The notes under the pieces are model-generated. The model was given only the letters and a program-made list of their open reading frames with translations, had not been told where the DNA came from and did no database searches. Made by a program: the position numbers and the translations under genes. Shown one piece after another: positions 47,401 through 62,800 of a stretch of DNA of 64,000 bases. Within the stretch, counting starts at the first letter, position 1. The number at the start of each line of letters is the position of its first letter. Source of the stretch: Podarcis liolepis (Eukaryota); assembly GCA_965112155.1 (NCBI GenBank), contig OZ218099.1. The stretch is one strand, 5' to 3'.

Positions 47401-50239
47401 GGTATTTGAGTATTATTGCCAGTTTTGTAGATTATCATTTCAGATAATAACATATAGCAGAAGGAAGGCAAAATTATCCATTTTCATTTACAAATGACCC
47501 TGAGAAGCGGGACGGCTGTAGTTAAATCAAAGGCTAATTCTTGGCAGAAAAGCATTATTTGCCATGATGGAATTGTTGTTCTTGTTGCTGTTAGGATGTT
47601 ATTTCTTTTACCCTCGCAGTGTACATTAGGGGAATCTATAGAAGGAAAATAGGAAGGAGATGGGGGTTGAAATATTCTCATGAGAGCAAGACTCAGCATA
47701 GATCTTGGTGTTGCAGTTTCATGTGTCACTGAGAATCTGGTTAGGTTTGGCTGCAGACATTGTCAAGAAAGACAATGGCTACAATTTTGTTTACTATTTT
47801 TCTGAATAACCTTTCCCCTTTCTACCCCCCCCCCCCGATGATAACCCCCCATTCTTCTAAGAGAAAACGAAACAATAAAATACATGTATATTTTGTAAGC
47901 CACTTTGAATTACTTTTGAGTTATTGTAAAAGAAAAGTGACTAATAAGTACTAATATTATATCTTAAGTCAAGATGGTGATCTGATTTCAGGGAGGTATA
48001 TTTTGTGGCAAACAGGAGTCCTCTCAGTTTGGGCCATTTCAGAAGTGAAGATAAAATCTGCAGTCAACAAAGAGCTGCAGAACATCACAGCTTTGTGACA
48101 AGTGTAGTTGCATGAGTCACCTACAAAAAGGCAATGTGTGAAGTGGTCTTTCTTCAAAACAAGGTCTGCTGTAAAAGAAAAAAACGTTTAAGCTTGTAGA
48201 CAGGTAAGAGCACTTCCTTTGTGTCCAGCAGCTGCAGAATGTTCCTAGGTATTATTACTTGGAACGAGGAGCATTCTTTCCAGCTTGCTGAGAGACCTCA
48301 CTTCTGGGAGAAGAAACAAAGACCTTTCATTAGCTCAACAGATACAGTGTTGATTCATACAAATACCAGCCAGGAAATCCCCTACTCATAGTGGAGGTAG
48401 ACTCCATGCACATGCTTACCACCACAGTACACACATACATCTAGTTCCCTGTGAGCCTTCTAGCTTGAAAACAGTGTACTGTACAGTATAAAGTTTGAAT
48501 AAATTGGGTGGTATGTATACTTACCTTTTATTGGTTCGCAAGTACACCTGGTGCAGATGTTATGGATGCCCTGTGCATGTTGTTGGGGTCTTGTAACCCA
48601 CCACTTACAAGGGGTTCCCAAGGCTGATAAATATATGAACAAAATTGCCTTCAGGACCACGCTAAAATGTGGGCTTTCAAAATTTCCACTGGCACACTTC
48701 TGTCTCAATCAGGTCATGCAGAAAAGTTAAGATGGGAGAAGTCAGAAAGCGAAGAAGCTTCCACCACTTCTAGCAACCATCTGCACCACCTTAGTTTAAA
48801 GACAGAGGGTGGTATTCACCTGCTCACCCCCCATGTGCCCCCTGAACCTCCAGAACAGCAGGGGAGGGGAAGAGTGGGATGTTTTGCCAGGCAGGCTGAT
48901 ATGCTTGTACAGGCACCAGCATGGCATTGAATTCTGCTCAGAGTATTTATGTAAACCTGGGACACTTTCTTTCAGAGGGATTATTCTGTATTTACTAGTA
49001 ATGTACTAGAGTGCCATGGATTTGTAGTATTCATAAATAAAAATACAAGCTGAGTCCTCACCAGCTTGTAAGAACCACCCTAATTATTATAAGTGGTATA
49101 TGATCTCTCATGAACTTCCTCAAGGCATAGTCTAAAAAAGTAAAAGGTGACCTGAGTTACCCAGGCTAGAAAGATTTGCCTGGTTCTGTGGCAGCATTCA
49201 AGTGCCACACTCTACTTAACATGTGGGTGAAACACAATCATCTCAGCTGAAAGACATCCAGCAAGAACTGATAATGACTTTCTGCTAGCCTTTTGTAGGC
49301 TGTACAACAGTTGTGCCATGAGAGTTAAACTGGTCAGTTTTTTGTGTTTCTGATCATTAGTAGATTATATGGTTGGGGTCTTTGGCTGCTGTAAACTAAT
49401 TAATGGCATTTTTCTTAACAATGCTACAATTAGCCTAGTCCTTTTCCAGTTTGCTTTTGGCATAAACTCAGTGGAGACTCAAGAAGCATGCTTGTAGTCA
49501 TGCTTACTTCTGATAACAAGGCAATGCAACCTTTAGTTTTGTGGGGTTGCTGCTGTGTTTTAATCCTTATGTTTAACAGTCTTGATGGTTGCTGAATTGG
49601 GCTCTGATTTGAAAAGAATGCTTTCTAAAGATCCAGGTGTGGAAGGGTGGTGGTTTTTTTTTCTTCCCCTGCTCTGCCTGCAATAATATATAAAAGAGTA
49701 ACATGTATGAGAATCAGGTGACTGCAGTTGCACTGCTGCATTTATCTGGACCAGCCATTCAATTACAAGAAAGAAAACATCAACATGCCCTAGGAAAGGC
49801 TAGCACAGTGGAAAACCTGAGTCATTTCAGTTGCTAAATTAGTTTTAAATTAAATGTTTCTGAGGCCGCTGTACTAAGTTCACCCATTGTCTGGAAAAAG
49901 GACAACGTTTGGACTTTTGCTCAAGCAACCGGTGGCTTCCATATTAATGTGGAGTGCCATATGAAATTTGGATCACCTATTCATCCTCTGATTTACACAG
50001 AAGTAAGATGGGGCAACTTTTCATTTGATACATGCCAATTTCAAATCATGCTCAGAGTTCTGTTTATTTTTATTTTCCTTGATACAGTCGAGGAATAAAG
50101 GCAATGACAATAAAGAGAAAGATCAGCAATGGAGCATAGCAATTTGCAGTGCAGTATTATACAGTTAAAGTAAATACAACCAGAACAAAACTAAAAGAAG
50201 GAAGCAGTGTGTGGTGGGAGGAAGAAAAGCGGGAGGAGA

Positions 50240-50910
50240 ATAGGTCCTGGCAGAACCTGATGGGCGTGTGCTTCCTTCAAACAGTTTCCAGTACAACTCC
50301 CAAATGTTCAAGTGTGTATTCTCTTTGTGCCACCAACTGAAGGTAGCTTTCCCCCCATATGGTGCCAGAGTAGATGAGCCCTCTGAGCGATTGTGCGTGT
50401 GGTAGGAGTGGAGAGATATATGCTCTTTCCACTAGTCTTTGGACCAGCAACAGGGCACGCAAAGTCTAATTACTTTGCTCCTCTGTCAGGACCCACAGCA
50501 CTGCAGGATAACTGAACATAGCGTGAGCATCCAAGAATTTTGGGGATTTTCCCAGGACCAAGGCAATATGGATAATCCCCTCAGGACAGAGATCAGTCTG
50601 GGTGGCATGTTCATTTTTATCACAGGAACCTTGCGCCACAGACTCTGGGGTAAACATTTCCACCATTCCTAGTCACGCTGTATTTCCTTGATTATATGCA
50701 TAAGTTTGCAGTTGACCACGTTGCCACTATCTCTGGGAACTAGAATTCCCAGATATGCTAGTTTAGCGGGACACAAACCGAAATTCCAAGCCTTGTAAAA
50801 ACTGTGGGGCAGCACATCATCAAGGGATACAACTTCTGGTTTGGACCAGTTCATGCTGTATCCTGAGAGGTGTCCAAAATAATGGATGTGAGTTGTCAGT
50901 AAGTGACAGA
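50240..50910 (-). mobile_element. Degenerate L1-clade LINE ORF2 fragment (post-RT region)
   Basis: FGHLSGYSMNWSK..LAYLGILV..IQRD*EWWKCLPQSLWRKVPVIKMNMPPR, typical L1 motifs with stops. Confidence 0.75.
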
Positions 50911-52652
50911 GGCTCAGTGCCATTCGTTTGAACCGGAAATGCTGTCTACCTCACCATAGAGGACATGGGCACTAGCTTTTTAGATTTCTTCCTCTGGCAT
51001 CTCACTGCTGCTTTTTGTTCCCTTGTGTCAAGGAGGAAGGGATTGGGTGACATTCAGCTGAATATTTTTTCCTCCCCTCTCCCCCCGTGGAGACCCATTT
51101 GATGAGCAGTGTGGCAGCCTTAGTTAGGGCATTATTCATTCTTCAGTAATATCAGAACCTATCTTCCCCTCTTTGCCTTTCTTTCTTGTCAAGCTTCTTC
51201 CGTTATTGGGAGCGGATTGGATAGGCCCAACTGTTGGCTCAGTTTCGCTCTTGTGTGTCCATTTTAGAGCATTTTGTTATACTGTAGAAGTGTGTCGCTG
51301 TGCATTAGTCTGGCTGGGACACTGGAAATCCACACTTGGCCAAGAAGCCCTCTGGTTGGCCCTGAGGAAGTCACTATCAACGCAGACTTCTTAATAAGGT
51401 CCTTATGAGGCTAAAACATCTCTCTGAACTCCCTAGAGAGCACAGGGGTGGGGCACATTCACTCATAGGCAACCTTCTGGGTTGCACTGCAGCAGTAGGT
51501 AGTGCCAGAGGCAAAAGTGGGAAGAGCAAAGGAAGCAGCGCACCTCCGTACAGTGACTCTATTCCAGCTGTGTAAAGGCCACAGAGTTCTGTGCAAGCAA
51601 GAGGCATTATTGCAGTTCAAGACATATTGCAGGCAAATGAAGGCACTTGAGAAAGACATGGAGTTGGGTATATGTTAATGAATTTGCAACAAGTAACTAT
51701 GGATTATTCTCATAATGGATGTTGGAGGGTTTTTTTTGAGATAAAGTCTTCATACTGGGCTGGAGGAAGACTATTCTTGACATTTAGTGATAATAACAAC
51801 TGGAGACCCCCTTTTAGACTTTTTGTGTGGAAATGAAAATGAATGAACTTGGGGTCTCTGGGGTTGAAAATTGGAAAATAATGTGATAACAATAATTATG
51901 TGTCAAAATATTTACAATATTTCAGCTGCTAGTAGCACCACCAGTATTACTACTGCTACTACTGTTAGCAAGAAGTCAAAATCCTTTATGCGTCCAAGCT
52001 AAGTGTATGCATCTTTTGAGGAGTAACTCTGCTATTATTTGACTTTAAAAAAAAATTCCCTGGAACAGTTCACAGCATGTATATGCTAAAGGAGATGACT
52101 CATCAGAGAAAACAGTTTCAGTCAGTCAATCTTTGTGGGTTAGAGTGAATTGCTGGGAAATTTCAAGAAACTACAGAGACAAGAAAACAAACAGAAAGTA
52201 GGGTTCAGTGAAGCTACCCTGCAGTACTAATTCCAGTAGTTATCTCCATGAGTGAGATTGTGCTGACAAATGAATTCCTAGTGAAGCAAGTACCCATAAG
52301 TCCTCCTGGGATACAGAGACATTCCCTTCAAAAATTATTTGTTTTGCACTTCCAACTCTTCCTTCAGAGTAACTTGCACATAATTGGTTCCAAGTTTCCT
52401 TGACAGGGGTTCCTTTTCACAATGTTCAGTACTGATGTAAGATCTCAGCATGTATATAGGAGCTAACTTATTAGCCACATTTGCTTTTGTGTATCTAATA
52501 ACTTCCCTTAATTATCCAAGGCCTGAAGAGGTTTCCCCCATATATACATGGTACAGCCAGGTGGTAGACATGAATTTCTACTCCCAAAGGCCAAGTAGAG
52601 TGCCAAGGATGTGTCCTGCCTCTCACTGTCCCACTCTCATCTTCTTCTCCAG

Positions 52653-52810
52653 GTTTTTCGTACCGATCTGATAACAGCTATGAAAATCCCAGATTCTTAC
52701 CAACTGAGCCCAGATGAGTACTACATCCTTGCTGATCCCTGGAGGCAAGAGTGGGAGAAAGGTGTTCAGGTGCCAGCAAATACAGAAACAATCCCTGAAC
52801 CAGTGGTTAG
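52653..52810 (+). CDS. JADE2: JADE2 third coding exon (start of the conserved EPL1/EPC-N-like region)
   Basis: CTCATCTTCTTCTCCAG|GTT; [52 protein letters not shown](R); donor AG|GTAAGC; 158 nt, phase 0 to 2. Confidence 0.97.
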
Positions 52811-53667
52811 GTAAGCCTGATGTTCTTCTGTTTGTGAGATACCTTCAGCTGGTTTTCCCCCCTCAGAGAGTGCCATGTTCTGCCTCCTATGATTCAATGA
52901 GGAATCTTTACATGATCCCAGTTGTATAGGGTAACTTTACGGGGTTAACTTTTCCTGTGAGGGAGTTAAGAGTCAGGCCCAGTGTCACCATGTGGCATCC
53001 TCCAATAGCTGTTATGGTATCAACAAACTGCTTTCTGATTTAGGGCTGTTTGATATCCCCGAGAGAATCTCATTTCTTATTTGACTCACTTGGGTTCTGA
53101 GCTAGAAGGCAGAAACAGCATTAACTTAGCTGTGCTGATGTTGGAATAGGATCAGTCCCAGCTTTAACCACTGCACCAGCAGAAAATCGGATTGCAAGCA
53201 TGAAATGGTTCAAAGGAGTTAGTGGTTAATGAGAGGGTTTATGTGCACCTGAAAATCTTCCCTGAGGTGGCAATCCAAAACCTGCTTGCCTGGGTTAAGC
53301 CCAATTGAATTCAGTAGGACTTGCTTGTTACTAGACATGATTAGAATTGTGCTGTTACTCCAGATAATTCGAGTGGATTTTGGCTGCCAAAAGCCTACTG
53401 CAGGTTGCATTATATGGAATGCTGTTGGGGGATAATAAATCCCAGACTATTGCTATGCTTTCCACCCTCCTGATCTTTCCTATTCTGATGGCTTTGCAAA
53501 GTCACAGGACAACTATGGTAAGTTAAAGTCAAGTGTGTTTGAACATATGTGATAAATGTCCCCCCGTCTCACCAAATTCTGTTTTCAAAGATTTTCATAA
53601 ATCCAAACTGGACAGAACTGCATTCTATCTCCCTGTTTTCAGTTTCTTTCACTGATACATTACATAG

Positions 53668-53817
53668 CAGGGATGTCCAACAGGTCGATTGCGATGTGTC
53701 GCTGGTCAATCCCGGGACCCCGATGCCCCCCCCAAAAAAAGCTCAACAACTTCGGCTCATCCTCATTTTTTTAATAGTGGGAGTAGATCGCAGTCTCTTG
53801 GAAGTTGGACGTACCTG
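53668..53817. mobile_element. hAT-type MITE, 150 bp
   Basis: TIR CAGGGATGTCCAAC / GTTGGACGTACCTG (12/14); 8-bp TSD TTACATAG/TTATATAG. Confidence 0.8.
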
Positions 53818-56800
53818 TTATATAGGGTCACTTGAAACTCTGAAATTGTTCTCCATGTATTGCACATTTGACCATCCCCAGGAATGCATTCTTATAGAAA
53901 CCATAATGCGGTCCAGGCTGCCTGTACATGCAGCTTCAGGGAAGTAATTGCCACAAGGACACAAATTTCCACTGGTTATCTGGCTTTTTCCTTGGGCATC
54001 CTGTGACTCCTCATGGATGAGGCTGACTGTGAGACACCCCATGATTTTGAGAAGTATTGTTATTGTTGGGACATATTGGCACAACATACCTAAGTGAGTG
54101 GCTGGTGCTGAGAAGTTAATGGTGTTGAATAGGCTTTTGTCTTTCCTTTTTCATGGTATATCTTGTAGATCAGATGTTTATGGCTTGGTGCTGCGATAAC
54201 CCGGATTAAGACTTTATGATAGAATACAACTCTTAAGTAAGTAATTGTTCAAGATTCTGCAAAAGAATTCTGGCAGAAAACAGTTCCAAACCCAAATCTC
54301 CCATCTCCTGGCATCCTTATTAGCTTCTTATTAAACGCTGAAGCCCAAATGGAAAAGGTCCTATTTAAATGAATTCAAGGCTGCTCTTGCACACGATGTA
54401 CTGCAACAGCAACTGACTAGCATTTGAGCAGGCTTTGGCCAATAACGTCCCTGCCTCTGCATTTTGCCATTTCTTTTTTCTTCCCTGTGTCTTTTCAAGT
54501 CAACTTTGATATTGATATCAAAGACCCTGGGGCTTTCTGCACTTAAAAGATGTTACATGTAATTCTGAAGCCCACTGTTAATCTGTGAAAATCAGTGTGT
54601 TGAAAGAGCTCAAGAGGATTTTAAGCGCATTAAGGTGTTTTCAGATTTCATGCAGGAAATTCCTCCCCTTCCCCCCCAAAAAGGATGGAAATATTTCAGT
54701 AAAGTCAATAACTGCCTGAAGCACAGCTTGTCCAGCAGTGACAGCAGCAACAGCTGTTGGTAGAGGAAAGTTATGAAATAAACTTTTGTGCACTCATCTC
54801 CTTCCATAAGGATTTGGGGAAGGTTGGGGGATGAATGACACGACTGGAAAACAACCAAACTTCAATGAGGAATCTAAACACGTCCAAAATGGAAGCCATA
54901 AAAATGGAATTTGAAGTTTATTTAATCCTTAAAGAAATGTTGGGTGGAATATCTATTTTTACCAACTTTGATATACAACCACAGTCTGTAGTTGTAAATG
55001 TCCTGCTCTAGAGCTGAAGGTTGATTTTGGTGCTGTGTCAAGATGAAAAGTGATAGCCTGACGTTGCCTGGGCCGGAGGTGCCTATTTAAAGACAGACTA
55101 AACGGATTCACTTTTTTTTTTTTTGCAAGTATACTTTGCAGGCAAGCAGTTTGTTTAATGTGATCTGCTCTTTCACCCCAGTGAGGAGGTAGCCAAAGAC
55201 TCTGGACACAGCCCAGCACAGAGGTGGACACCCATAAAGCCTTTGAAATCAGGGCTTAAATGTTACTAACTCCACGTTGGACTGAGGACTCTGAATGATA
55301 TACCGAGACCAAGGGATTGCATATGGAAGCTGTGTTGTACAGTGTTTCAAAGGGGGAGAAAAATGCTTTTGCATAAACCAAAAGCATTTTTCTTGAGTAA
55401 GGAAGTGTGTCCAGTCCTAGGGCTGTTGTGCTTCAGTCTTCATTATTCCACCATCTTTTCTGAACTAATTGAATCATCTGCCACACACTATCAAGCCATT
55501 GTTGGCATTTCACAATACCATCTGAAGAACTCTTGGCAAAGGTTATACTGAACCCATTTGTTCTGCCCTATCAGATTTCCAAGGTTCAAGCAGTGGTTTC
55601 TGTAAACCAGGCACTGATTTCCTACACCAGTCATGGGTAGACTTAAGATTTGCAGGATCTACTTTTGATTGTTGTAACTAGAACCCCATGATCCATCAAC
55701 CAGAACTAGGTGCAATATTGTGGCTCAGAGGCCAGAGCCAGAAGCAAAGTGGTGATTAAGAGGTAGCCTCAATTAACTATTGCTCTCAATGAACTATACA
55801 CTTGAATAATCTCCATACGCAAGTATAAATCTATATCCAAGGTACTACAAAAGAGAGATTTCAATGTATTTGAGGGGATTACCTATTAGGGGCATTAGAA
55901 ATGCAATTTTACTACAAATTACCCTACAACATACTAGTAGATCCTGATGTACTTTTTAGCCACTCTTGCAAGGGTCAGTGGTCTGAGACGATGAAATAAG
56001 TTTGATGTGGGATACCAGCAGCGCAGCCTGGAAGTGTCCTGCACTTGGGAATCAGGTGATCTCAGATAGCCAGTCACATGCTATTACCTGCTGCAGTCAT
56101 TCAGTGTGTTCAACCCATCACTTAGGGAGGCCACCTGAATCCCTTTCCTGCTCCAGAATGTCTGCCGCTGGTAGACCTGACCATCTCAAACTACACAGGA
56201 GCACCTTTCACAGTTCTGCAGGACGTGGCCCTTCTCTGTTGGCTGTGGGTAGGGTGCCACCCAGCCGAGTTCATCTGTACTTCTATCCCTTTCCTGCATC
56301 CATCCTTGCTCAGCCATCTGCACATCATTCTAAATTAGTGAGTCGAGATGGAAACCACAGCTTCCTGTGCCAGTAATGCAGGTGCATCTAAAGTGCCCAT
56401 TATTTCCTGTCAAGTGGCCATTTCAGTTTGCAACTTCTTACATTTTCTCATAGGCTAAAAACAAGAGTCCCACTTCCATAGGAACATATCAAGGCAGCTT
56501 TTATCTCCTAAGCTAAGTTTCAAAATAAGGAGTGACTTTTCAGGAGTGTTGCTACCACCTTGCAAGTCTGTTGTATCTCAGTTGTGACCACATTTTAAGA
56601 ATGGGTAGCATAGCCACTTGCTATAAATGACTGTAGTTAGTGCAGGCAATAGAGAGAACCAGGAGTGTGGAATATAAATAGTGACACTGACGGCTGTCTT
56701 TATGGCAGCAAACAGGAAGGAGGGACAGGGGATGTATGCATGTATTGTTCCTTCTCTGAATACCCCAGGGGCATAATCACTTGTCCAGGTGTTTTCCACT

Positions 56801-58276
56801 TTCTGTCATATGCTAGATGATAGTCCCATTCAAAAGAGGAAGGCGGATTTCAAACACAGAGTTTATGACTTCGGGCTATAAACAACACTTTGCACGTTTC
56901 GCTTTATGACAAAAACATGCGCCCTCAACATTCTGTACATGTGAGACCCTGGAAATATGTTTTCTGTTTTGTTCAAAAGCAGGCTTCAAATAAAAGCTGA
57001 ATTTATGGAGGGGTTTCAGACTCTTCGGAAATTTTCTTTCAGATGTTACAAAGTCAGTCCTGGTTAGCTGATGTTAGAACTGCTGTAGGGAGACTTTGTG
57101 ATGTCTGAAACCACGTTTCCCCCATAAAGATGAAGTAGCTACATAGTTGGCCCTTGAACAGTCTCTCTAATCTTCTTTTTTTCCAGAGTGACTACCCTGG
57201 ACCAGTTGAATAAGGAGCAGGTGCTTCAAGGCTTTACAAAGCTGCCCGTGTCTCATAAATGAGTAGATTATTTGGATTGATTTTGTGCCATCTGAAAAGA
57301 GTCACAAAACCCTCATGCCAAAGAAGCCTTGGAAAATCCCACACCTTACTTACAAGAGGGATTTGGCTACTCATTAGAGAGGGATGGCTCTGCCATGCAA
57401 CTTAGCAACTACTCCCCTTTTTTCTGCAGTGTCCCCATTCCTACAGTATACACACCTGGGGAGGGCCGTAAAGCTGTTGAGTTGACATGTGGGGAATGAG
57501 GTAAGAATATGTGACTTACAGAACCTGTACATGAACAAAGTAGCAACTTTCTTCTTCTTTTTTACCAGTTATACCACATCCTTCCACTGCAACATTTGGA
57601 ATCTCAGACCTTAGTGGTTGTCTTCCTCTTGATGTTTTCTTTTCAATTTGCTCAAATAAACAGCACTGATGACCTAATGCTTGCTCAAACAAAAATGGGC
57701 AATTGCCCCCTCTTTAAGGTCTCTTCATAATGGGACAGCGTAAATGCCTCTCTGAAAGTGAAAATGAAGGCCGTGGGGTTTTAAGCCAGCAAGGAGACAA
57801 ATGCCCTGTGTTCTGTTGTGCTAATGCTGTCATTCTTGACAGTGATTTACACTGGAAATTCCTAGAGGGGAAAAGAGCCATACCAAGGTCTGGAAGCCAC
57901 AAACACAGGCAATAGCATGTCATGACACATTTAGGAAATAATTCCACTACATGCCATAGACAAATAATCTTCCTTCGTTAGCAAATGTTTAGATGATGCA
58001 CAGATAATTTTTTTCCCCTGGGAGGGAAAGACGGAAGCAAGATAATTTCTCTGCCTGTTCCTCCTCCTCTCCCAGCAATGAAGTCATTGGCTTCTGAAGG
58101 GAAATATCTTTTTTGCTTTTCTTTTCATCTTTAAGCTTGGGTATCTATAAACTGACAGCCTACTTCCTCATTGCCTCTAGGTGTGCATGCCCCAGACTGA
58201 AAAATAGGTTGTGGGACATATTTCTAGTACTCCTGAATTCTGAAGCTTGGGGTAGGGAAGGCAAGAAGGATTTATT

Positions 58277-58280
<4 letters not shown>

Positions 58281-58325
<45 letters not shown>
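58281..58325. repeat. (TA)n microsatellite
   Basis: Direct reading. Confidence 0.95.
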
Positions 58326-58327
<2 letters not shown>

Positions 58328-59127
58328 ATAGTGAAAGCCCCCTTGAAACCACTTGTTCAAGAAGTAAGAGTGCTCCCATTACTGTTACTGAATACAAAGG
58401 AAGAAGTGATTTCTTGATGGTTTTCTTGGGTCTGAGCCTGTTTGATCCAACCACAGACCTCTCTCTTGTTCCCATTTAAAGTCTGCTTCATACCATGTAT
58501 TAATTTCTTTGCTCTCCATTATCATTGTGTCTCTTACCTGGCAAACTTTTGGCACAGGTGTCTTGCATCATGAATTTGGGAAGGCAGGCTCCCAGTGCCT
58601 TACTCTTTGCACCATTGTTCTGGCATTCCAGAGAAGATACCCACTGACCCGCTCTCCACCGCCATTCAGCATCATCACTGTGAAACCTGTCTTGCTTGAA
58701 TCCATTTGCCTCCAGATTGTCTTCCCTTTCAGCTATATTGCTCATGCTAGGCAATTGTTTCTTCATCATGCTTTTCTGTTAAAGTTCTGTTATCTCTTTA
58801 TTTTTTTTGCAGAGAAGTTCACGACAATTTTTTAAGAGACCAAATGGCTGCAACAATTTGAATTGATAGTCCCCTTCAATAGTTTCTCCAAATCGTGTCG
58901 GGGAGAAAGAGTCAGACAGAGTAGGGCCCACAACATGGCTCTGCCCCCAGAGCCACATCTCCTGCTAATCCTAACCCTCACCACTCCACACCTCCATTAG
59001 GGCTGAAGATCTGAAGTGGGGATCCTGGCTCCCCATGTGATTGAGATCCCTGATCATGCAGGGTTCCCAGGCATGCAGGGAACCTGCACTTGTTGAATGC
59101 CACTTGTGAATCAGCTGAATAAAATGG

Positions 59128-59310
59128 TAGAGGCTTTAGTTCAGTGGTAGAAACCACAGCGTGGAAACATTAAGTTCCAGTTTCAATTCCTGGCACTTCC
59201 AGTTAAAAAAGGATATCCATAGCAGGGTACCTCCATAGCAGAGAACCTCTGCTTAAGGTTCTAGAGAACTAGATGGACCCCTGGTCTAACTGAGCTGAAG
59301 CAGTGTTCTT
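59128..59310 (+). mobile_element. Squam3-like SINE (degenerate)
   Basis: TAGTTCAGTGGTAGA..CCAGTTTCAATTCCTGGCACTTCCAGTT..CTAGATGGACCCCTGGTCTAACT. Confidence 0.6.
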
Positions 59311-59842
59311 ACTCTTTATATAGCGACTTTTTATTAATGCAATAACTTTCTGTTAAAAAGGAATTGGAACTGCTTATGGTTAAGCAGTTGATGATAGCTA
59401 TATCCCCCTTTTTGCAGTACTGTACTGAAAGACCTCAAAATGCTTTGCAAACAGTCACAACTTTCTGGCAGTGCCTTTTCTGTATATACTCCCTGTGTAA
59501 TATGAATCTGTTTGTAAGTACATTCTGGGTCACTGAGCAACTGTTCTTGATTAGTGTTTTCACTAGACAGTGTATTACAACAGCATCAAGGTCTGGTGTG
59601 TTAATCCTTTCGAAACAGGGATGCTTGATGAGGACTTTTTTTCTGGGTGTGACAGGTTGTGAAATCAGTATCCTCTATAATTCTTGGATTTTACCTTAGT
59701 AACTGGTGAGGTGGTTCAAGTATCAAGATGAACCATTGTTTATCGTGATGACCACAATCTGCAACAAACCTTGGGCTTGTGTACTCTCCCTCCTCTCTCC
59801 TCAGACATGGCTGCAATGAGCAGATTATAAGGTTTTGCTTTT

Positions 59843-59889
59843 GGTTGTTGTTGTTGCTGTTATTGCTGTTGTTATTGTTATTATTATTA
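59843..59889. repeat. Imperfect (TTG/TTA)n microsatellite
   Basis: Direct reading. Confidence 0.85.
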
Positions 59890-62800
59890 CAAACTAAAAC
59901 TTCAGCCAGTTTGCCAATCTTAGCTATGGTTTGTTTGAAACAGGCCAGCTTCAAACCATTGAATTCATTGGGGTTTGTTCCCAAGTAAATGTGTACTTAG
60001 GACTGCAGCTTTCATGTATGCACTGGCCTCGGGTGTAGCTTCCCTCTCCTACCCTGTAAACATGTAAGATTGAATTATTGTTTCTACTCATTCCCATTCT
60101 GTATAAAGCTGTGCAAATGATACCATATTTTTAAAATGGCAATGTACATTTCTTGCCTGAATTCATCTCTGTGAGTAGCCTCGTTAATATTTTTATAGGT
60201 CAGATTTCATAGAATTCTAATCAGCTGTACAGGATTTGAAGCACATAGCAGATGCATGAGTGCACCCACCCACCAAATACAGTTCCTCTTGTCTTTTAAT
60301 AGGTGGTTGCAAATGCATGCATTTTTAATTGAAACACTTCTGGAAACTTTCTGTTGCTTCGATAATCAATCCTAGTCCTTTTAATGTTAGTAACTCTGGT
60401 CTAGCTCAGACCTACACAACGTTTGACACCCCCACCCCAAAAACCACTCAGAGTCCACAAGCCATACATGTCAGGCCACCAGGATCTCAGTAACAACAGA
60501 CAGGCTAGGACTGTAAAAAACAGATTTGGATTTAGCTTCTGTCGGCAGTATACACTATCTCCGAGAAGTTCCATCCCACAAATTTTTACACTTCCCTCCT
60601 ATCACATATGCAGAAACGTGCCCCTTACTCCACACTCACACTGTCTGCAACAGAGAGGGGGCATAGATCATGACTGGCATCCAGTGCCCCCTTAAAACTC
60701 CATTCTGTTTTCAAGAACTGATTTACATATGCAGTATCTCCTTGGTCCCAAAGCCTGACAAGTGAGTATTCAGTTCCCCCTACTGCCCAATCCATTTCTA
60801 CCACTCAGAAGGGCCTTTCTCATTAATGGTTTCTCTGAAGAATAGGCATTAACAGCTGGTGCATCAAGCAGCAAATATGCAACTAATATCACTGAACATT
60901 GCTGATATTTACAATACAGCAAAATTGCTTTTTGTCATCCAATCCCCTCACCCCAAAAATCTGTCCCTTTGTTTTTGTTGGAATGGAACCAAATCTTTAC
61001 TTGTTGCTCAGTGTCTTGATTCGATTTGTATCCATAAGCCATTCCATAAAACCCTGAAAATGTTCCCCTTAATTTCTTGTGTTTTAATAATAGACTCCCG
61101 ATTATCCCTCGGAGACATTGCTGTAGGTCGCAATGCTTTTATTCTCAAGGACTCTGCATGGCAGTTATCTTCTGGATGATGGACTGGAGTTCAGACTTAA
61201 ATAATTCATTTGTTCAGCCTGTCAATTTTTTCTAGAAATGTTAAAAGTGGGAAGGCATGAACACCAACACTTTTTGGACTTAACTAGTCGGCTGAGTGTC
61301 AGGCTATTTTAATACACCAATAACAGCTTGGGATCTATTTTAGGAATGCTGTCTACTGGATGGCAGCTTAGTCTTCCTGTTTGTTTATTTATTTTTAACC
61401 TGTTAAAAATGTATCTTCAGACACCTCCCCCGGAACAGATTTCCTGTGGAATTTTCAGAGCTGCATAGGAATGTGGCCAAGCTGCATGCATATTCATATT
61501 TGTTGTGAAGGCTCAATGCATAATGGGATTTGTAGTGTTCATTTTTGTGGATCAAAATGAGTGGGGGGGGGCACATGCTGTCACTTAGTACAGTTGGAAT
61601 AGGTTGCAATGAAGTCAGCTTTGCAAGTGACATGGTCTGCAGCTTGCTGAGAACCTCCTGCGTTTCTTATTCAGAAGAGAATTGTGGCACGTATTAGTAG
61701 TGTTGTTGCTTGATGCGTTGAAATTTCAATGAGTTAAAACAACCACGTGCGCATATGCAAATAGGCACATGTGATTTTAAAATAGGATAATATAGCTATC
61801 GCAAGAATAAATCATTCCCATTGCTGCGCATGTGATAACAAGAAAAACTTTCCCGGTCCATGGCGAGCCTGTGGTGGACTTGCAGAAAGTAACAGAGCAG
61901 CTTAGAATTGAATCCAGGCAAATCAAAAGAGAAAACCTGTTTTCTGACTCACTTCTACAGGCATTGTTCGCTGTGGCTAGGATGGATAGTAAACAATCAT
62001 GGTAGGGGTTTTAAGTTTCATTCCTGTGATGAAGTGGATAAAGTGCTGGGACTGAATGTGAGAGATGCAGACTGAAATCCCTGCTGAGCCACAAAGCTCA
62101 CTGGGTGGCCTTGAGCCAAGTCAGTGTCTCTCAGCTTAAGATTCTTGGGCCATTACTGTAGTCCTGTGAATTCTTTTGACCCAAAGTCTTAAAGGAGGGA
62201 GACACAGGCAGGACTGTTTGCACAATACTTTTCCACGCCTCTTCCCCACCCTCATCACAATGCATAGAAAGCACACGTGCATTAGCTAATATAGGTTATG
62301 ATTCCTGTGTGGCTCGGGGAGGATGGGAACAGGGCAGGAAAGGGAGCACATAAGCCTAAGCCCAGCTCCTAATCTCATAGGGCACAGAGATGAGTTCAGA
62401 TATGCATCACATTTTAACTCTCTCAAACATGCCACCAGCTGAGATATTCCATTCTAGACAGTGTTCTTGGTAGAGCTGGAAGTGTTCCAAACCAAAGGTA
62501 TTTCTCTGGTAGTAGACTTTAGATGCCAGCGCTCTCTTTCTCTCTCTCAAGCTCTTTTAAAAACGAGGGATAAGGTTTCTAACACATTGTTAATTTCAAT
62601 TTAATGAGCCAGCTCGTGTTTGAGAATTGGTATCAGTGTTGCCAAAAGTGTATGAAAATAAGCTTTGAAAGGGGGAAGGATGGAGCAATACATTAACTGG
62701 AGCCAAATTACTAATACAAAAGCATCTGGAATTATTTATCTAATTATCAAGGCAGCAATATTTTCAGAATTCTTTCAGCAATGAAACAGACTATTCATTT